DNA of 60,209 nt from Candidatus Omnitrophota bacterium (GCA_023247215.1 JAHFGX010000002.1:1-60209), one strand, 5' to 3'; positions 47,811 to 57,239 are shown, numbered from the stretch's first letter. The notes: generated by a model from the sequence alone, not told the origin. A program made the numbers and translations.

Positions 47811-48646
47811 GTTATTACACCGTGCTGGGCCTCGCGAAAGAGCCGTTCTCCACGAGTCCCGATCCATTCTTTTTCTACCGTTCCAGTGCCCACCTGCAGG
47901 CCATCACGCGGATTGAAATCGCCATCCGGCTCAAACGAGGCCTGTCGCTCATTCTGGGCGACGTGGGCACCGGCAAGACGACGCTAGCCCGCACGCTGCT
48001 GACCAACTTCCCGCAGGAAGAAGGGTTCAATTTCCATATCCTGCTGGATCCGTCCTTTGAGTCCGAATACCAGTTCTTGCTGCACCTCAGCCGCATCTTC
48101 GGCGTGCAGCCGGCCTTCAAATCCACGCTCGACTGTCGGGAGGCGATCGAGCATTACCTCTTTCAGAGCGGCGTCACCGAGGGCAAGACGACCGTCCTGG
48201 TGATCGACGAAGGCCAGAAGCTGTCCACGCACATGTTGGAGAACCTGCGCGTCCTGCTGAATTACGAGACCAACGAATTCAAGCTGCTGCAGGTCGTGAT
48301 CTTTTCGCAGATGGAGCTGCTCGGACGGATCACGCGGATCAAAAACTTCATCGACCGCGTGGCCCTCAAGTACATCATCAATCCGCTGAATGAAGAGGAA
48401 ACCAGCCAGATGATCCAGTTCCGTCTGCAGTCGGCCGGGCTGGAGTCCTCACGGATCGTCTTCATGCCGGAGGCCATTCGAGCCGTCTACCGGTGCACCC
48501 AAGGCTACCCGCGCAAGATCGCCCTCCTCTGCCATAATGCGCTGGAGGCGATGGTGATGTACGAGCGGCCGGTGATTGACGAGTCGCTCATCCAGGAGTT
48601 GGCTGCTCATGAGTCCCGATGGGTCGGCGCAGGCGCCCCTGCCTGA
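47807..48646 (+). CDS. ExeA/GspA/MshM-like AAA ATPase
   Basis: PF..SPDP.F.Y.S..H..A N-terminus, Walker A GDVGTGKTT, and Walker B VLVIDEGQ. No peptidoglycan-binding domain. Confidence 0.8.
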   Translation: MSYYTVLGLAKEPFSTSPDPFFFYRSSAHLQAITRIEIAIRLKRGLSLILGDVGTGKTTLARTLLTNFPQEEGFNFHILLDPSFESEYQFLLHLSRIFGVQPAFKSTLDCREAIEHYLFQSGVTEGKTTVLVIDEGQKLSTHMLENLRVLLNYETNEFKLLQVVIFSQMELLGRITRIKNFIDRVALKYIINPLNEEETSQMIQFRLQSAGLESSRIVFMPEAIRAVYRCTQGYPRKIALLCHNALEAMVMYERPVIDESLIQELAAHESRWVGAGAPA

Positions 48647-49247
48647 AGAAAAACTATTGAAGTTGATTCGGGGTAAGCCCCGCCACCCCGCTGCGTCGTC
48701 GCCGCTGGCGGCTGCCAGCCGCGAGATACGCCACGTCCTGCGTGCCTCAGACGGGGAGACAGCGTGGTGGTTCCACTGGCCCCAATGGGTCGGTGGCCTG
48801 TTGGTCGCGATCCTGGCCATCGAAGTGCTGGTGATGGTCGTGCAGATCATTCGCCCGCTCCCGCATGTCGAGCTCCCCGCTGTGACAGCGACCGCCCCGT
48901 CCGCCGTCGACCGCACAACGGCGCCATCCGTCGAGATGCCGTCCCTGAGCGAACAGCCGGCGCAATCCATTTTCGCGACGACGGCTGCTGAGCCACAGTG
49001 GGCAGCGGCATCCTCGTCGTCGACGGTGTCGCCGAGCGCCCAAGCCAACGCCTTGGCGGCGCGCTTGAGCTTGGTGGGGATCGTCGCCGGCGATCCGCCG
49101 CAAGCGATCATCGAAGACAGCCAGACCCAAAAGACGTTCTTCGTCACCAAAGGACAGCGGGTGATCGAAGGTGCCGTGCTTCAGGAGATCCGGGATTCTC
49201 ACGTGATCCTCCAGTATCAAGGAGAGCAAATTGAACTCACACTCTGA
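48609..49247 (+). CDS. GspB/GspC-like secretin-interacting protein (PilP/HR-type C-terminal domain)
   Basis: TM WVGGLLVAILAIEVLVMVV and C-terminal LSLVGIVAGDPPQAIIEDSQTQKTFFVTKGQRVIEGAVLQEIRDSHVILQYQGEQIELTL. AGGAG lies 10 nt upstream of the ATG at 48609. Confidence 0.55.
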   Translation: MSPDGSAQAPLPEEKLLKLIRGKPRHPAASSPLAAASREIRHVLRASDGETAWWFHWPQWVGGLLVAILAIEVLVMVVQIIRPLPHVELPAVTATAPSAVDRTTAPSVEMPSLSEQPAQSIFATTAAEPQWAAASSSSTVSPSAQANALAARLSLVGIVAGDPPQAIIEDSQTQKTFFVTKGQRVIEGAVLQEIRDSHVILQYQGEQIELTL

Positions 49248-51087
49248 GTCCCTGCGCATGACGGCCATCCTCCTCGCGGGGCTGCTGTGGGGAGGAGGGA
49301 GCGCATCGGCCGACGCGCAAGCCCCCGCGCAGTCCACGGCCAGCAACGCCACCCAACCCGAAGGGACGGCGGACCGTATCTCGTTGGATCTGAAGGGGGT
49401 CGACATCCTCGATGTGTTGAAGCTCCTGTCACAGAAGAGCGGGCTGAACTTTGTGGCCGGCCACAACGTGACCGGGCGGGTGACGATCTTTGCGAACGAC
49501 GTGGGGGTATGGGAGGCGTTTGAGCGGATCATCGATGCCAACGAACTAGCCTATGAGCGCGCCGGGAACATCGTGACGGTGACGACCGCCCGGGACTACG
49601 AGCTGCTCTACGGACGCCCCTTCCAACAACGCAAGCGCAACGCCGTGATCCCCCTCCGGCATGCGAAGGCGGCGCAGGTCGCGACCGCCTTGAACCAGCT
49701 CAAGTCCACGGTGGGCCGCGTGGTCGTGGATGAGCCCTCGAACACCGTGATCCTCACCGACACGGCCGCCCCGCTTGCCGAGATGGAGCGGTTCGTCGCG
49801 CAACTGGACCGCCCGACGACGACGTTGATCTATCCCCTCGAGTACGCCGAGGCGGAGAAGCTCCAGGACAAGATCCAGGGCTTTCTCACGCCGGGGGTGG
49901 GGACCTTCACCGTGGATGCGCGCACCAACAAGGTCGTCGTGACGGATCTGGCGGAGGTCGTCTCGAAGATCGATCAGGTCCTGGATGCCTTCGACGAGCG
50001 CGACTCAGAGGTGCTCATTGAGGCCAAGATCATCAAGGTGGAGCTCAGCGATGAAGAGAGCCTCGGCGTGGATTGGCAGCAGGTGTTTGCCGGGGTGGAC
50101 ATGCAGGCGCGCGGCAACTTCCGGGTGCTCAGCGATATCGTCGGCGGGACGGGGACCGGCGTCGCCTTGAAATTCCTGAGCGCTCCGGGTGGGCGGACCC
50201 AGGTGATTCTGGAGGCGCTCAAGAAATTCGGCAAAGTGGAGACGATGTCCAATCCGCGGATCACCGTGTCGGATCGCCAGGAGGCCAAAATCCTCATCGG
50301 CACGAAAGAAGCGGTGGTCACGGTGACGACGACGGTGCCCGCGACCGGGGCAACGGTCAGCGCCCCCCAGGTCCAATTCGTGGACGTGGGCACCAAGCTC
50401 TACGTCACCCCCAGCATCAAGCGGGACGGGCACGTGCAACTGAAGATTCGTCCTGAGGTCAGCACGGCCAAGGTGGAGACGTTTCAAAGCAACCGGATTC
50501 CCATTGTCAGCACGACGGAGGCGGAAACCAGCGTCCTGGTCAAGAGCGGGGTCACCCTCATCATCGGCGGGTTGATTGACAGTAAGACCGAACGCGCCCA
50601 GGTTCAGGTACCGTTGCTGGGGAGCGTGCCCGTGCTGGGGGCGGCGTTCCGGAGCCGCACGAACACGACCAAGAAAACCGAGCTGGTGGTGTTCCTCACT
50701 CCACAGATCATCTCAGCCAGCGGCGAGCCGGTCACCCAGTTTCCGACGTCTGCGCTGCCGGCCGGCGCCGCCAAACGCGCTGGGGCGCTCAAACCGGCGG
50801 TGCCGGAAGCGTACCAAGCGCTCCTTCGTGCGCTCATCAGTACCCGGGTCGCCCAAGCCCTCCGGCAAAGCGCAGCGGGCGCCGGCTCCGTCTTGCTTGC
50901 TCTGACGATCACCCGCGACGGCAGCGTCAGCGGCGCGCCGCACATCACCAGCGATCAGGGAGTCGTATTCGTCCAGGCGGCTGCGAAGGCGCTTGAGGCC
51001 CTTGAGCCATTCCCCCCCTTCCCCGACGAAACCTCTACCGACTCCGCGCGCTTCCGGCTGGAGGTGGAGTACCGTCCCGCGAGCTGA
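49231..51087 (+). CDS. gspD: secretin (GspD/PilQ/MshL family) with a TonB_C-like C-terminal extension
   Basis: Signal peptide, N0 (ISLDLKGVDILDVLKLLSQKSGLNFV), N1/N2 repeats, and secretin core (VPLLGSVPVLGAAFRS....ELVVFLTPQII), plus a 94-aa TonB_C-like tail. TTG start with AAGGAG. Confidence 0.85.
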   Translation: MNSHSESLRMTAILLAGLLWGGGSASADAQAPAQSTASNATQPEGTADRISLDLKGVDILDVLKLLSQKSGLNFVAGHNVTGRVTIFANDVGVWEAFERIIDANELAYERAGNIVTVTTARDYELLYGRPFQQRKRNAVIPLRHAKAAQVATALNQLKSTVGRVVVDEPSNTVILTDTAAPLAEMERFVAQLDRPTTTLIYPLEYAEAEKLQDKIQGFLTPGVGTFTVDARTNKVVVTDLAEVVSKIDQVLDAFDERDSEVLIEAKIIKVELSDEESLGVDWQQVFAGVDMQARGNFRVLSDIVGGTGTGVALKFLSAPGGRTQVILEALKKFGKVETMSNPRITVSDRQEAKILIGTKEAVVTVTTTVPATGATVSAPQVQFVDVGTKLYVTPSIKRDGHVQLKIRPEVSTAKVETFQSNRIPIVSTTEAETSVLVKSGVTLIIGGLIDSKTERAQVQVPLLGSVPVLGAAFRSRTNTTKKTELVVFLTPQIISASGEPVTQFPTSALPAGAAKRAGALKPAVPEAYQALLRALISTRVAQALRQSAAGAGSVLLALTITRDGSVSGAPHITSDQGVVFVQAAAKALEALEPFPPFPDETSTDSARFRLEVEYRPAS

Positions 51088-51093
51088 TCTGCC

Positions 51094-51568
51094 TTATGGC
51101 AGAGGTAGATGAACTCCAGCGAGAGGTTGAAGGGACAGACAGCGCGGATACGGCTTATTGTATCGGAGGGTTCGCCGGACGACGAAGCCGTGAGCTTCCA
51201 GCAGGCGCTGCCACCCGCGCCATCTCGTCCAGGCCCCGTTCCATATCCCGGTAACGCTCCAGGCTTCCCAAACTGGTGACATAGTCAAACGTGCCATCAG
51301 GAAACGGGAGGCGTTCGCCGGCTCCGATACACAGCGCGGCGTCCGGGCAGCGGGCCCGCGCTCGTCGAACGGCCTCGGCCGACAGATCCACGCCGGTGGG
51401 ACGCAGGCGCGCCCGGCGCGCACACACCAGTAGGTACCCTTCGCCGCACGCGACATCCAACAGGCGACGACCCGGCACGGGTTGCAGCAAGCCGATCACC
51501 CGTTGGTAGATTCGGCCTGGATCAGAGAGGCCGTGCTCGCGATGGACGCGGTCGTAAAAGGCCCGCAC
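51094..51568 (-). pseudogene. decayed class I SAM-dependent methyltransferase
   Basis: Frame A (51155-51568) has motif I LLDVACGEG, D.S, FDYV and RVAAPAG, then stops. The typical C-terminal LLEAHGFVV continues in another frame (51094-51456), so there is a frameshift and/or internal deletion. Confidence 0.4.
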
Positions 51569-51792
51569 TTCTTGGGAGGAGGGAAGCGGCGCTCGCGGAG
51601 TCGTGGTCTGTTGAGGATCGGTGGCATTATATCAAGACCGGCTCCGCCGCGCTGAGGGAGGGATTCCATCGGCTCTCGCAAGCGCGCTGAAAAGAGCCCC
51701 ACTTCCTGGCGCATTGAGCTAGGATAGGAGCGGTATCGCCGCGCGATGTCTGTCTGTCACCACCCCCCCCACCAGCTCAGGAGACGCCGACT

Positions 51793-52596
51793 ATGAGAAA
51801 AGGCCAGCATGTGGAAATACGTGATCCCAGTTGGACGTTTCGAGTCGCCTGGCGAGGGAAGACCCTGATGCGGTGGAATTGGAAACGGGCGTTGCTGCAG
51901 CGCTTCCTCCCCATCCCATTCTCTGCGCGGAACGCGGAGTACTCGTTGCTGGCATCCACCGATGATGACGTGCGGCCTTCGGCGCAACTCCTGCGCTTGG
52001 GCATTCAGGCCATCCAGCGGGCGGCGGATCTTCGGCTGGATGCGTTGGACCAACGTTTCCCGCCGAACTTTCCTTATCCTCCTTCGCTGTGGCCTGGCCA
52101 GCAATACCGGCTGTTGGCCGCCTTGGCCGAAATCCTGCAACCGCGGCAGGTCATTGAAATCGGAACCGGCGCCGGGGTTTCCACTCTGGCGATGAAGCAG
52201 TATTTGCCGCCTGATGCGCAGATGGCGACATTCGATGTGGCGCCCTGGTCACGGCACCCGGACGCGTGCTTAACTCAAGCGGATTTCGCCGACGGCCGGC
52301 TGATTCAACACACGGATGACTTAAGTGATCCAGCGGTGATGCAACGCCATCACGCGCTGTTCAGCCGCGCGGAACTCATTTTTCTGGACGCCCCGAAAGA
52401 CGGCGTGATGGAACCCAAGCTCCTGGCCAATCTCCAACAGGTACCCTTTACGAAACCGCCCCTGCTGATCCTGGATGATATTCGGGTGTGGACCATGTTA
52501 AAGGTCTGGCGGGGGATCCCGTATCCCAAGCTGGATTTAACCTCCTTTGGAAGTTGGACCGGCACCGGGCTAGTCGAGTGGGGACGCGGCGTCTAG
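51793..52596 (+). CDS. class I SAM-dependent (O-)methyltransferase-like protein
   Basis: VIEIGTGAGVSTLAM motif I and ELIFLDAPKDG. The N-terminal boundary is uncertain. Confidence 0.55.
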   Translation: MRKGQHVEIRDPSWTFRVAWRGKTLMRWNWKRALLQRFLPIPFSARNAEYSLLASTDDDVRPSAQLLRLGIQAIQRAADLRLDALDQRFPPNFPYPPSLWPGQQYRLLAALAEILQPRQVIEIGTGAGVSTLAMKQYLPPDAQMATFDVAPWSRHPDACLTQADFADGRLIQHTDDLSDPAVMQRHHALFSRAELIFLDAPKDGVMEPKLLANLQQVPFTKPPLLILDDIRVWTMLKVWRGIPYPKLDLTSFGSWTGTGLVEWGRGV

Positions 52597-52607
52597 GAAA
52601 AAGAGTA

Positions 52608-52636
52608 TTGCGAGGGCGAGAAGGGGCTGTTAAGCT
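52608..52636 (+). promoter_or_regulatory. candidate promoter TTGCGA-N17-TAAGCT (leaderless SDR gene)
   Basis: The -10 at 52631-52636 lies 9 nt before the ATG at 52646, and there is no Shine-Dalgarno. Confidence 0.35.
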
Positions 52637-52645
52637 ACTTCCACG

Positions 52646-53452
52646 ATGAGCACTCCTGCTTCCAACCGATGGGCGCTGATTCTTGGCGCCTCCAGCGGGT
52701 TCGGCGCCGCCGCGTCGCTGGCGCTGGCCAAGCACGGGTTCCATATCGCTGGCGTGCACCTGGATCGCAAGGGCACGATGGCCAACGTCGAACAGGTGGT
52801 CCAGCAGATCAAGCAGACCGGGCGCGAGGCGCTCTTCTTCAACGTCAACGCCGCCGACGCCGAGAAGCGGGCGGAGATTTTGACCCAATTGGAGCAGAAA
52901 CTTCGCGGCAGCCAGCCCGCCGGGACGGTCCAGGTCGTCATGCATTCGCTCGCGTTCGGGACGCTGAAACCGTACCTGGCGGCCGAGCCCAAAGACTCCA
53001 TCACGCAGGATCAGATGGAGATGACGTTGGACGTCATGGCCAACAGCCTCGTCTATTGGGTGCAAGACTTGTTCTGGCGCAAGCTGCTGGGGCCGGGTGG
53101 AAACATTTTCGCGATGACCAGCTCCGGCGGCACCCGGGTGTGGCCCAATTACGGCGCGGTGTCCGCCGCGAAGGCGGCGCTCGAGTCCCATATGCGCCAG
53201 TTGGCCATGGAATTGGCACCCCACGGCGTCAGCGCCAACACCATCCGCGCCGGGGTGACGGACACGCCCGCCCTGCGCAAGATCCCCGGCAGCGACCAGA
53301 TGATGGAATTCTCGAAGCTGAGGAATCCCCACCACCGCCTGACGACCCCGGACGAGGTGGCGCAGGCGATCGTGGCGCTCTCCTCGCCCGAGACGCACTG
53401 GGTGACCGGCAACGTGATCGGCGTTGACGGTGGAGAAGACATCGTTGGTTAA
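52646..53452 (+). CDS. SDR family oxidoreductase, FabL-like enoyl-ACP reductase (putative)
   Basis: ALILGASSGFG Rossmann motif. YGAVSAAKAALESHMRQLAMEL resembles the FabL Y-x6-K region, and the C-terminus has VTGNVIGVDGG. Confidence 0.6.
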   Translation: MSTPASNRWALILGASSGFGAAASLALAKHGFHIAGVHLDRKGTMANVEQVVQQIKQTGREALFFNVNAADAEKRAEILTQLEQKLRGSQPAGTVQVVMHSLAFGTLKPYLAAEPKDSITQDQMEMTLDVMANSLVYWVQDLFWRKLLGPGGNIFAMTSSGGTRVWPNYGAVSAAKAALESHMRQLAMELAPHGVSANTIRAGVTDTPALRKIPGSDQMMEFSKLRNPHHRLTTPDEVAQAIVALSSPETHWVTGNVIGVDGGEDIVG

Positions 53453-53494
53453 CGCTCGTGGGGCGGCCGCGCCCCCGGTTGATCCTTCCCGCGC

Positions 53495-56400
53495 ATGCGC
53501 GTAAAGACGCTTGAAGTCTTCGGATTTAAATCCTTCGCCAAGAAAACCGCCATCCATTTCGAGCCCGGCGTCACCGCCATCGTCGGCCCCAACGGCTCGG
53601 GAAAATCAAATTTAGTCGACGCGATCCGCTGGGTCCTGGGGGAGCACAACCCCCGCGACGTGCGCGCCCCCCGCCTGGAAGACGTGATCTTCAACGGCAC
53701 CGACACCGCCGCACCCCTCTCGATGGCGGAGGTCAATCTCCTCATCGAGAACGAGCAGGGCCTGCTGCCCATCGCCTTTACCGAAGTGCTGCTGACCCGC
53801 CGCGTCTACCGCTCCGGCGAGAGCGAATGCTTCATCAACCAAAGCCCCTGCCGCCTGAAAGACATCCACGAGCTGTTCCTCGGCACCGGGCTGGGCGGCG
53901 GCACCTACGCCATCATCGAGCAGGGCCACATTGACATGGTGCTCTCCTCCAAGCCGGAGGAGCGGCGCGTCGTATTTGAAGAAGCCAGCGGGGTCGCCAA
54001 GTATCTCTCCAAGAAGCAGGAGACGCTGCGCCGGCTGGACGAAGTGGAGCAGCACCTGGTGCGGCTGGCGGATATCACCTCCGAGGTGCGGCGGCAGTTG
54101 TCGCTCCTGGAGCGGCAGGCGGCCAAGGCGCGGCAGTACCAAAGCCAGTGGGAGCAATTGAAGACGGGCGAGGTGCGCCTGACGGCCGATGAGCTGCGCC
54201 GGGGCGAAGAGCTGCATCAGCAGCTCTCCATCCAGGTGGCGGCGCTGAAGCAGCAACAAGGCGGCTTGGAGGCGGGACGGCAGGAGCGGCTGACCCAGCT
54301 TGAAGTCTGCCAGGCGGCCGTCTCAGCGGTACAAGCCGAGCTGCAGGAAGCGCGCACGCGCCTGGTGGAAGTGTCCAGCCGCATCGAACAGCACGCCAGC
54401 CAGCTGGCGCTCAAGGGGCAGTGGCTGGAGCAGCTCGCCCAGCAGCGCCAGCAGTTGGAGCGCGAGGAGATCCAATTAGACGAGCGCGGCAAGCAGGCCA
54501 CCGAGCAGGTGGAGCGGTTGACCGCGCAGCAGCGAACACTCACACAGCAGCAGGAGGAGCTGGACGCGCAGCGGCACGCTGTGGCGCGCGACGTGGAGAC
54601 GCTGGAGCGCGGGGTGGCCGACGCGCTGCAGGTGATCGACGCGGCCAAGCGCGAGTTGTTCGCGGCCGCCGCCGAGGCCTCGCAGCAGCGGAATGCGCTG
54701 ACCAGCTCGACGCTGCGCCTGCAGTCGCTGGACGCGCAGCTGGCCCGCGTGACCGCGGCCCAGGCGGCGGCGCAGCAGCGGTTGGAGTCGCTGACGGCGA
54801 AGGCGAACGGGGTCGAGCAGGAGCGGCAGGCGCTGCACGAGCAGGTGGCGACGCTTCGGCAGCAGGCGGAGCAAGCCAAGCAGGCGCTGGACCAGGCGAA
54901 CAGCCGGCACCAGGAGCTGGCGGGCCGGCTGCAGGAAGTGCAGGAGCGCACGCTCCGGCAGCGCGCCCAAACGCAGCTGCTGGAAGAAATATGGCGGCGC
55001 CACGAAGGATTTCCGGAATCGGTCAAGGCCTTGCTGGCCAATCCGCCTGAGGGCGTGCTGGGGTTGTTGGCCGACCTGTTGGACGCGCACCCCGGCTACG
55101 AGCGGGCGCTGGAAGCGGCGATGGGGCCGCTGGCCGGCGCCATCGTCGTGCGGGATCGCGATGCTCTCAAACGCTGCCGCGAGCTCGTCAAGACCGACCA
55201 GCTGGGCGAGGCGCGTTTTATCGTCCTCGCGGATGCGGAATTGACGCCGGCAGCCGCGCTTCCGCCCGTTGTGTCGTCCCACCCGGGCGTGTTAGGGCCG
55301 CTGCTCAACTTTGTGAAGGACGATCCGGTCGCGCGGCCGTTTATGGACTGGTTGTTGAATCCCTGGTGGGTGGCGGATGACTTGGGGCGCGTCATGGACT
55401 CGGGGCTGCGCTCACCGCGGCAGTGGGTGAGCCCCGCCGGCGACCGATGGGACGGCCACGGTTGGCATTTCTCCGGCGGCGCGAACCGGGTCTCGAGCGT
55501 CGTGGGGCGCCGGCAGCGATGGGAACGGGCCGCGGAAGAATTGGAGGCATCGGAGCGGGATTTCGCCGGGGTCCAATCCGCGTGCCAGCAGGCGGAGGAA
55601 GCGCGCCGCTCCTGTTCGACGATGGAGAGCCAGGCGCGCGAGCAGCTGGAGCGGGCGGTGCCGGCGTTGACAAAACTGGAGAACCACACCGCGCAGCTGT
55701 CGCATGACGTGAGGCGGCTGCGCGAGGAGCTCGACACGCACGCGCTGGACCTGCACGAGCTGCGCGGCCAGCAGGCCCAGGTGCAGCAGGCGCAGGCCGC
55801 AGCCCAGCAGGCGGTGTCGGAGTCGGAAGCGCGCCATCACGCCCTGCAGGAGACGCTGCAGGTCTCCCAGCAACAGCAGGACGACGCCACCCAGCGCCGG
55901 CAAGCCTTGCTGGTCTCCGGCGCGCAGGTGGATGCCGCCATGGCCGCCTGCCGTGAGCGGACGCAGGAAGCTGCCGCCCGGCTGGACGAGCTGCAACGCG
56001 AGTACGTCCGCCTGCAGGCGGACGTGGAAGCCAAGCGCGCGCAAGGCCGCGCCAGCGCCGACCGCGTGGCGGAGCTGACCCGCGAGCGCGAGACGCATGA
56101 GCAGGACGCCCAGGGGCTGACGGAAGAGCGGCAGGGGCTCGAGGGGCGCGTGGCGCAGGTGGCGGACCGGCTCCACGAAGAGGAGCTCACGCGGGACCAG
56201 GTGTTGCCCGCGTTGTCCGCGATCGAACGGGATGTGCTGGCCGTCACGCATGCCCTGCAACAACAGGAAAGCCAGTTTGCCGAGCGCAGCTTCCGCCGGT
56301 CCCGCATCGTCGAGCGGTTGCGGGACGTGTACCAGATCGAGGAGAGCCAGGTGCTCCAGGTCCGAGAGGAGCAGGGGCAGGCGGCCGCGCCCTTGTCCGA

Positions 56401-57145
56401 CGAGGAGCGCGCGGCCCTCACCGACCAGGTGGACAAGCTTAAGGCCAAGCTCGGCACGATCGGCCCGGTCAACTTGGGATCGGTGGAGGAGTACGACAGC
56501 CTGAAGCAGCGCCTGGAATTCCTCCAGACGCAGCAGCAGGACCTCGTGAAAGCGCGGGAAGATCTGAAGGCCTCCATCACCCAGATCAACCGGACCGCCC
56601 GCCAGCAATTCCGCGAGACCTTCGCCAAAATCACCGCGGAGTTCCAGCACTATTACACCCAGCTCTTCCGCGGCGGCGAGGCCAACCTGATCCTCCTGGA
56701 TGAGGAGGACGTGCTGGAGTCCGGCATCGAGATCGTGGCCCGCCCGCCTGGCAAGCGGCTGCAGAGCATCAGCTTGCTCTCCGGAGGAGAGCGCGCGCTC
56801 ACGGCGATCGCGCTGCTGTTCGCCCTGTTTAAAGTGCGTCCCTCGCCTTTCTGCATCCTGGATGAAATTGACGCGCCGCTCGACGAGGCCAATGTGGACC
56901 GGTTCACCAAGGTGCTGGAGGAGTTCCTCAGCTTGTCCCAGTTCATCCTCATCACGCACAACAAGAAGACCATCACGAAAGCCGACTCCCTGTACGGCGT
57001 GACGATGGAGCAGCCGGGCATCTCCAAGGTGGTCTCCGTCAAGCTGACGACGCGCGCCAAGCCGTCCGAGGCGCCTGCCGCTCCGGCGCCTGAAGCCGTC
57101 CCCGCTGCCCCAGCGCCGGCGGATACGGACGCCGTCCCTGCGTAG
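53495..57145 (+). CDS. smc: chromosome segregation protein SMC
   Basis: N-terminal Walker A GPNGSGKSN, long coiled coils, a hinge, C-terminal signature LSGGERALTAIALLFA, and Walker B ILDEIDAPLD. Confidence 0.95.
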   Translation: MRVKTLEVFGFKSFAKKTAIHFEPGVTAIVGPNGSGKSNLVDAIRWVLGEHNPRDVRAPRLEDVIFNGTDTAAPLSMAEVNLLIENEQGLLPIAFTEVLLTRRVYRSGESECFINQSPCRLKDIHELFLGTGLGGGTYAIIEQGHIDMVLSSKPEERRVVFEEASGVAKYLSKKQETLRRLDEVEQHLVRLADITSEVRRQLSLLERQAAKARQYQSQWEQLKTGEVRLTADELRRGEELHQQLSIQVAALKQQQGGLEAGRQERLTQLEVCQAAVSAVQAELQEARTRLVEVSSRIEQHASQLALKGQWLEQLAQQRQQLEREEIQLDERGKQATEQVERLTAQQRTLTQQQEELDAQRHAVARDVETLERGVADALQVIDAAKRELFAAAAEASQQRNALTSSTLRLQSLDAQLARVTAAQAAAQQRLESLTAKANGVEQERQALHEQVATLRQQAEQAKQALDQANSRHQELAGRLQEVQERTLRQRAQTQLLEEIWRRHEGFPESVKALLANPPEGVLGLLADLLDAHPGYERALEAAMGPLAGAIVVRDRDALKRCRELVKTDQLGEARFIVLADAELTPAAALPPVVSSHPGVLGPLLNFVKDDPVARPFMDWLLNPWWVADDLGRVMDSGLRSPRQWVSPAGDRWDGHGWHFSGGANRVSSVVGRRQRWERAAEELEASERDFAGVQSACQQAEEARRSCSTMESQAREQLERAVPALTKLENHTAQLSHDVRRLREELDTHALDLHELRGQQAQVQQAQAAAQQAVSESEARHHALQETLQVSQQQQDDATQRRQALLVSGAQVDAAMAACRERTQEAAARLDELQREYVRLQADVEAKRAQGRASADRVAELTRERETHEQDAQGLTEERQGLEGRVAQVADRLHEEELTRDQVLPALSAIERDVLAVTHALQQQESQFAERSFRRSRIVERLRDVYQIEESQVLQVREEQGQAAAPLSDEERAALTDQVDKLKAKLGTIGPVNLGSVEEYDSLKQRLEFLQTQQQDLVKAREDLKASITQINRTARQQFRETFAKITAEFQHYYTQLFRGGEANLILLDEEDVLESGIEIVARPPGKRLQSISLLSGGERALTAIALLFALFKVRPSPFCILDEIDAPLDEANVDRFTKVLEEFLSLSQFILITHNKKTITKADSLYGVTMEQPGISKVVSVKLTTRAKPSEAPAAPAPEAVPAAPAPADTDAVPA

Positions 57146-57199
57146 TCAAAATCTTCCCATCCCGTTTCGTTTCAAGTACTTCTGATTGATCAAGCCAGC

Positions 57200-57228
57200 T
57201 TGACCAGCGTCGGAAACTCTCTTATACT
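57200..57228 (+). promoter_or_regulatory. candidate promoter TTGACC-N17-TATACT (near-leaderless ribBA)
   Basis: TTGACC at 57200-57205 and TATACT at 57223-57228; the ATG at 57240 is 11 nt downstream. Confidence 0.45.
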
Positions 57229-57239
57229 GGTTGGTTGCC

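Noticed and set aside
47460-48650. Low-GC merR-exeA block considered as a mobile element insertion.
   Set aside because: There are no transposase or integrase genes, terminal inverted repeats or target-site duplications. ExeA/MshM-like genes are legitimate secretion-system components, and the genes are translationally coupled to the downstream secretin module.
57146-57239. Expected FMN (RFN) riboswitch upstream of ribBA.
   Set aside because: Only ~90 nt are available and none of the conserved RFN segments are visible. Instead, a TTGACC-N17-TATACT promoter sits 11 nt from the ATG.
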